From the NCBI GenBank assembly GCA_013375475.1, contig JABXKD010000041.1, positions 1 to 31,602 on the forward strand: 31,602 nucleotides of DNA, written 5' to 3'. The translations under genes and the position numbers were made by a program. This document shows positions 26,826 to 31,602 of the stretch, in pieces; position 1 is the stretch's first letter, and the number at the start of each line of letters is the position of its first letter. The notes beneath the pieces were generated by a model. That model searched no databases and was not told the DNA's origin. It saw only the letters and a program-made list of their open reading frames with translations. The stretch comes from Promethearchaeota archaeon (lineage in GTDB: Archaea > Asgardarchaeota > Lokiarchaeia > Sigyniarchaeales > SOKP01).

Positions 26826-27367
26826 CTATTATTTGCTCTTATTTCTTCGTATTTCTCAATACATCTTTCACGCCAAACAATATTCCATTTTTTGAACCCC
26901 GATTTAACATGTTTCTCTCTTTTATAGAAATCGTAAGATACCCAATTGAATAACACGAAATAGCGATTTGCACCACTTTTTATAGTTAATCTTTTCGACT
27001 TAATTCCTAGATCGTTTCTTAGATGATTGACAAGTCTTCGTTCAACGGCATTCTGAAGTTTTCCCTCGATGATTGCGTCTTCGTATAGGATGCCCTCTTC
27101 AATAAAGTAAGCTCTTACGTCATCAAAGATATTTCCTCGGCATAGCAATACTTTTTCTCTCTTTTTATCGAAATTTAGCTCTTCCAAACCCTCTTTAACG
27201 AGATCAACGGTTTTTTTTAAGGGCATTTTATTCTCCCAATTTTTTCCTTTAAATAAATCTACAGAAAGAGTTTTAAAAATTAATTTATTCATATCCTTTC
27301 TATAAAACCCAATAAATGCGTCTCCAACTAAATCTCCAGTTCCACTGTCGTCTATTTCTATTGTCAT
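26810..27367 (-). CDS. Conserved hypothetical protein with RNase H-like N-terminus
   Basis: IEIDDSGTGDLVG resembles the RNase HII GxDExGxG strand-loop; VLLCRGNIFD. Confidence 0.55.
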   Translation of the reverse strand: MTIEIDDSGTGDLVGDAFIGFYRKDMNKLIFKTLSVDLFKGKNWENKMPLKKTVDLVKEGLEELNFDKKREKVLLCRGNIFDDVRAYFIEEGILYEDAIIEGKLQNAVERRLVNHLRNDLGIKSKRLTIKSGANRYFVLFNWVSYDFYKREKHVKSGFKKWNIVWRERCIEKYEEIRANNRRNSY

Positions 27368-27482
27368 TGTCTTGTATTCATAACTTTTTATTAAAATTAC
27401 TGATTATATTATGTTATTAAGTATGATTTAAATTACCTTTGGACATAAAAACAAACTCTATCTATATCTAATTGAAGAAAAA

Positions 27483-28277
27483 ATGGAAATTGAGATATTA
27501 GTAGTTGGAAATGAAATTCTCATCGGAAAGACACTCGATACTAATTCAAACTGGATGGCAAAAAGAATTTCCAAATACGGACATGAATTAAAAAGGATTA
27601 CAACTATAGAAGATAGCATTGATGTTATTTCTAAAACCGTGCAAACAATCTTAGAGCGTAAACCAGACTTATTGATTACTACCGGAGGGCTTGGTCCTAC
27701 ATTTGACGATATGACATTAGCGGGTATAGCAAAAGGTTTAAATCGAGAATTAGAGTTAAATCAACACGCTTATAATTCTATTAAAAGAGCCTACGAACAC
27801 GCTCACAAACAAGGCATCCTAAAACTTGAAGGCATGACCAAAGAAAGAGAAAAAATGAGTTATCTTCCTCAAGGATCTATACCTCTACCGAATATAAGAG
27901 GAACTGCTCCAGGTGTGAAACTAACGGAAGGAAGAACATCTATTTTCATATTACCGGGTGTTCCTGCAGAAATGAAAGCGATTTTTCTAAACGTCGTTAA
28001 ACCAATTTTAAAAGAGAAGAGAGGGAAATTTGTCGAAAAAGGCTTACTTTTTATGGGTATAGGGGAATCACAAATAGCTCCATACACCAGTAAACTCGAG
28101 GAAAAATATCCACAATTATGGATTAAAACTCACCCCAGAATTGGATTATCATTAGAAGTAGAAATCTCCATAACTGGTTTTAATGTTGAAAATGGAGATG
28201 AATTAGCAGATAAAGCTTTAGACGAAATTAGAGAGATAATTTTAAGTTTAAATGGTAAAATCCGGGAAAGAGATTAG
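27483..28277 (+). CDS. CinA N-terminal (molybdopterin-binding-like, COG1058) protein
   Basis: VGNEILIGKTLDTN, TTGGLGPTFDDMT, GTAPG, LPGVPAEMK, GIGESQIA; lacks the C-terminal PncC deamidase domain. Confidence 0.9.
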   Translation: MEIEILVVGNEILIGKTLDTNSNWMAKRISKYGHELKRITTIEDSIDVISKTVQTILERKPDLLITTGGLGPTFDDMTLAGIAKGLNRELELNQHAYNSIKRAYEHAHKQGILKLEGMTKEREKMSYLPQGSIPLPNIRGTAPGVKLTEGRTSIFILPGVPAEMKAIFLNVVKPILKEKRGKFVEKGLLFMGIGESQIAPYTSKLEEKYPQLWIKTHPRIGLSLEVEISITGFNVENGDELADKALDEIREIILSLNGKIRERD

Positions 28278-28307
28278 CATTATTAATGATTCTACATTAT
28301 TATTCCT

Positions 28308-29048
28308 ATGGAATCTAATAATTATGAATACATTAAGCTTGATTTTAAACGTGGAATTTGTGTCCTTAGTTTCAATCGTCCTGAGAAAAAAAATGCTCTT
28401 AGTTCTGACATGCGTTCTGAAATTATCCATGCATTAAACGCTCTAAAAGAAGAGAAAAAAGTTAGAGCAGTCATTTTCTACGGTGGAATAGATTTTTTCT
28501 CCGCCGGATTTGATAGGGATGAAGTTCAAAAGGTTGTCCAAGGTGAAGGCGATTACGAAGAGTTTGTGGAGTCTAATCACCTCTTTCATCAAACATTGTT
28601 TAATTTCCCAAAACTGCTCATTGCTGCTATAAACGGATTTGCTCTTGCAGGAGCTTTTGATCTTACTGTGATTTGCCATCTTAGAGTTGCTTCGAAAGGA
28701 GCATTATTTGGGCATCCTGAAATCAGATTTGGAGCTTGTCCTTTATTCTTTCCCTATATGAGTCTTGTAGGTAGAGGTAAAGCGCTTGAACTTACTTTAA
28801 ATACCGGTTCAAAAGAGAATTTTCTTAGCGCTGAAGAAGCTTATCGGTTAAATATCATAAATAAACTCGTTGAACCGGGGGAGACTCTAGAGGAAGCGAT
28901 AAAGTTAGCAAAAGAAATCAACAAATCTCCTGAATTTGTTGTATCCCAATTACTTGAAGTAAATAAGCTAAATTTTGATAGGGTAAAGGCTTTTGATAGC
29001 GAAATTGAAATAATATTAAAAAGTATGAAGACAATATTAGGAAAATAG
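28308..29048 (+). CDS. Enoyl-CoA hydratase/isomerase (crotonase) family protein
   Basis: NRPEKKNAL, FSAGFD, PKLLIAAINGFALAG, PEIRFG, SAEEAYRL; first catalytic Glu position is Asp (AGAFD). Confidence 0.92.
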   Translation: MESNNYEYIKLDFKRGICVLSFNRPEKKNALSSDMRSEIIHALNALKEEKKVRAVIFYGGIDFFSAGFDRDEVQKVVQGEGDYEEFVESNHLFHQTLFNFPKLLIAAINGFALAGAFDLTVICHLRVASKGALFGHPEIRFGACPLFFPYMSLVGRGKALELTLNTGSKENFLSAEEAYRLNIINKLVEPGETLEEAIKLAKEINKSPEFVVSQLLEVNKLNFDRVKAFDSEIEIILKSMKTILGK

Positions 29049-29055
29049 GTTCAAT

Positions 29056-29688
29056 TCACTGAAGAATTACACTACCGATTGCATCATATGCTACTATTTT
29101 TGCTTTAATAGCAGGAGATTTTAAGTATTCCTCCCTAATAATTGACCAAATCATTGAATCGGATGGTTCCCCATCAATAGTTTCAGTTCTACCGCGTAAA
29201 GTGGCTTCATACTTGTAACCCAGTTTTTTTGGAATTGCAACGCTTCTAATATTATCAGGATCACAATGTATTTCTACTCGATTTACATTTTCTATCTCAA
29301 ATGCGACTTTAGTGAGAGCAGCACAGAACTCTGTAGCGTATCCTTTGCTAATATGGTTCACATTAACCCAATACCCGATTTCAAAAGCATTTGAACCGAC
29401 ACGAGGATGAAGGCCAGTACCTCCTATTAATTCAGTCTCTCCAGGATCGAAAACACCATAGACATAATTTTCACTTAAATCAAATTTAGCTCGAAACATT
29501 CTTAGGCGTTCTATTTTAACTTTTAGTTCTTCAGGTTCGGTCTTTACCCATGGTAACCACGGCCGGAGATGTTCAACGCTTTCTTGAATCGATTTTTGTA
29601 ATAATGGAGCATCTTTGGGATCGTAGCACCTAATTACCAAGCGTTCAGTTTTGATGCGATAAGCGGGTCCTAAATAAGTATGAGTCAT
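29056..29688 (-). CDS. RimJ/RimL-type GNAT N-acetyltransferase
   Basis: IKTERLVIR, HLRPWLPW, EIGYWV...KGYATE, NIRSVAIPKKLGYKYEATLR. Confidence 0.92.
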   Translation of the reverse strand: MTHTYLGPAYRIKTERLVIRCYDPKDAPLLQKSIQESVEHLRPWLPWVKTEPEELKVKIERLRMFRAKFDLSENYVYGVFDPGETELIGGTGLHPRVGSNAFEIGYWVNVNHISKGYATEFCAALTKVAFEIENVNRVEIHCDPDNIRSVAIPKKLGYKYEATLRGRTETIDGEPSDSMIWSIIREEYLKSPAIKAKIVAYDAIGSVILQ

Positions 29689-29732
29689 AGTAAAAGGATA
29701 TTTTGATCCTTGATAAATTATTCAAAAAAAAG

Positions 29733-31601
29733 TTAATCTTCTTTTATTTTTAATTCTTGTTTTAATTTTTCTAATCCATCTAATTTTTCACTTGCTTTGT
29801 AGGTATACATGTCTTTTTTGAGAGGATGCATTCTTTCAGTCAATTTCTGTCCCTCTAAATAATTCTCTTCTGCTTTATCAAGGTTGGATAATTTTTCATA
29901 GCAAGTTCCCATTTTTAAATAAGTTTGAAAAGCGAACCAACCTTTTGGATCAAGTTTAATTGCTCTTTCAAATTTTGTTATTGCTTTTTCATATTCACCT
30001 AATAACATCAAAGTTTCTCCATAAGAGTCATATAGATTTCCATCGTTTGGATTTAGATTTATCATTTTTTCAGCAGTTCTAATTGCTTCTTCTTTCCTCC
30101 CAAGGTGTGCATATAGGATTGTTAAATTATTTAGGATTCCAATGTCATCTTGATTATCATCTATTATTGGTTCAATTTCCTCAAATGATTTATTGATAAG
30201 TTTCATTCTCTCTTCAGAATCTTTAGTTTGATCTGCCTTAACAAAAATCAAAAATGATCTTATTTTTGTAGATTCCTTTTTTTCTATAAATTTGTCAACG
30301 TATAGTTTGTCTACTAATGCTAGAGCTTCATCAGATTTATTATTCATCATTAGAAGCTTAATTTTTATTTCTATAATTCCCATATTTGATGGGTCCAAAC
30401 TGATGGCTTTATCTATTGTTTCTATCGCCTCAGTCGTTCCTCTTGTTTCCATAAATACGTCACTCATTAGCGCATAATATTTTGCCTTGTGGAACTCAAT
30501 AAAATCCAACGATATCGCCTTATTAATCATATCTAAGAAATTTTCTTCCGGAATATCATTCAATTCCTTATTATAAATAAGACTATAACCTATTGCCAAT
30601 GCCTTGGTAAAATAGGAAATAGGATGGTCTTCATATTGTAAAATTACTTCGTCTCCTTTTTTTAATGCTTTTTCGAATTTACCCCGCGCAACATAAGAAT
30701 AAGTTAATATGAAAAAAGCTGCTGTGTTAATTCGAGGATCCTTAGTTACAAGACTTAAATTCACCTCTTTATTTAAAAATTTCTTAACTTCTTTATATTT
30801 TTGCATAACACATAAAGCAACAGCTTTTAAAACATATAAACCTTTATTCTCTGGCCTTATTGTAATTATTTCATCTATAATATCCAGAGGTTTCACAGCG
30901 CACTCACCCCAACACCCTTCATCAGTAAAAAGGATGAGAAATTTAGTTCTTAATAGAAAAACATTTTTGGGATCTTTTCCTAACTCTATTTCGATTAATT
31001 TTAGCGCTTCTTTAGTTTTAGCCATTTTAATCAGAATTTGAGCTTTTGCACATTGTAAGGAATAGTGATTTGAATGAGTTAACCCTTCTTCAACCACTAA
31101 TAACGCATTTTCAAAATCGTTTAATTTGAAAAGATCGAGAGCCTTAAACAAGTATCCAACATAGGAATCAGGTTTTTGAGAGATCAATTTTTCTGAAATA
31201 ATTATTGAGCTCTCAAAATCATTTTCTAAACTGTCGATTATGTCCTCCAATATCATTTCTTCGTAAGCTTCAAAATGTTTTGGCTTAGCTCTTAAAATTT
31301 CTTTAACTTTAGGAAATTTGTAGCGACCCAATTTACTTAAAGTTTTTCGAAAAATTTCTAGATTCTTATCTGATACATATTCTTCTTCAAATTGTTTCTC
31401 ATTAACAAAATCAATTTTATTTAGATAAACGATATCTAAAGCTTCAAATAACATTTTGTGTAAGCTATAATAATCCTCTCCATTTCCGTTTCCGTTCACC
31501 ACCAACGGGGCGTTATATCCCTGAAAAATAGTTTGAAATGTCTGCCATTGAGCAGCTTCTAATCTATCAGAAGAATGAATTAATTTCTTCTCGGATTCAA
31601 T
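29733..31601 (-). CDS. Large TPR protein, 5'-truncated by the window edge
   Basis: Many TPRs (e.g. YDSYGETLMLLGEYEKAITKFERAIKLDP); the frame stays open from 31505 to the right edge. Confidence 0.88.
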   Translation of the reverse strand: MESEKKLIHSSDRLEAAQWQTFQTIFQGYNAPLVVNGNGNGEDYYSLHKMLFEALDIVYLNKIDFVNEKQFEEEYVSDKNLEIFRKTLSKLGRYKFPKVKEILRAKPKHFEAYEEMILEDIIDSLENDFESSIIISEKLISQKPDSYVGYLFKALDLFKLNDFENALLVVEEGLTHSNHYSLQCAKAQILIKMAKTKEALKLIEIELGKDPKNVFLLRTKFLILFTDEGCWGECAVKPLDIIDEIITIRPENKGLYVLKAVALCVMQKYKEVKKFLNKEVNLSLVTKDPRINTAAFFILTYSYVARGKFEKALKKGDEVILQYEDHPISYFTKALAIGYSLIYNKELNDIPEENFLDMINKAISLDFIEFHKAKYYALMSDVFMETRGTTEAIETIDKAISLDPSNMGIIEIKIKLLMMNNKSDEALALVDKLYVDKFIEKKESTKIRSFLIFVKADQTKDSEERMKLINKSFEEIEPIIDDNQDDIGILNNLTILYAHLGRKEEAIRTAEKMINLNPNDGNLYDSYGETLMLLGEYEKAITKFERAIKLDPKGWFAFQTYLKMGTCYEKLSNLDKAEENYLEGQKLTERMHPLKKDMYTYKASEKLDGLEKLKQELKIKED

Positions 31602-31602
31602 C

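Noticed and set aside
1192-31041. Short overlapping track ORFs (e.g. 1192-1395, 2678-2989, 3701-3892, 4896-5078, 6905-7132, 16481-16768, 18837-19214, 26765-26953, 28252-28437, 30709-31041)
   Set aside because: They overlap well-supported genes on the opposite strand or in another frame and have no recognisable motifs.

Overview
AT-rich archaeal chromosomal DNA, most likely from an Asgard archaeon (Lokiarchaeia-like). This is inferred from ribosomal protein eS30, a GPN-loop GTPase, a TrmB regulator, an SDS22-type LRR protein, a Rab-like domain, roadblock/longin-like and MIT-like proteins, and TPR and zinc-ribbon proteins. About 35 CDSs are present, mostly metabolic, housekeeping or regulatory. 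I saw no CRISPR array, rRNA or transposase. The main features missing from the ORF track are: (1) a 64-codon minus-strand single-TM ORF (4539-4733) with an in-frame UGA in the context GGGG-U-PSTC, followed 8 nt after its TAA by a eukaryote-type SECIS-like hairpin, i.e. a candidate new small membrane selenoprotein; (2) a tRNA-Trp(CCA) gene with a 30-nt BHB-type intron in the D-arm instead of at 37/38; (3) a GPN GTPase whose P-loop lies upstream of any in-frame ATG/GTG/TTG; (4) a 59-aa zinc-ribbon gene and a start-less gene remnant. All calls come from reading motifs by eye; no searches were run.
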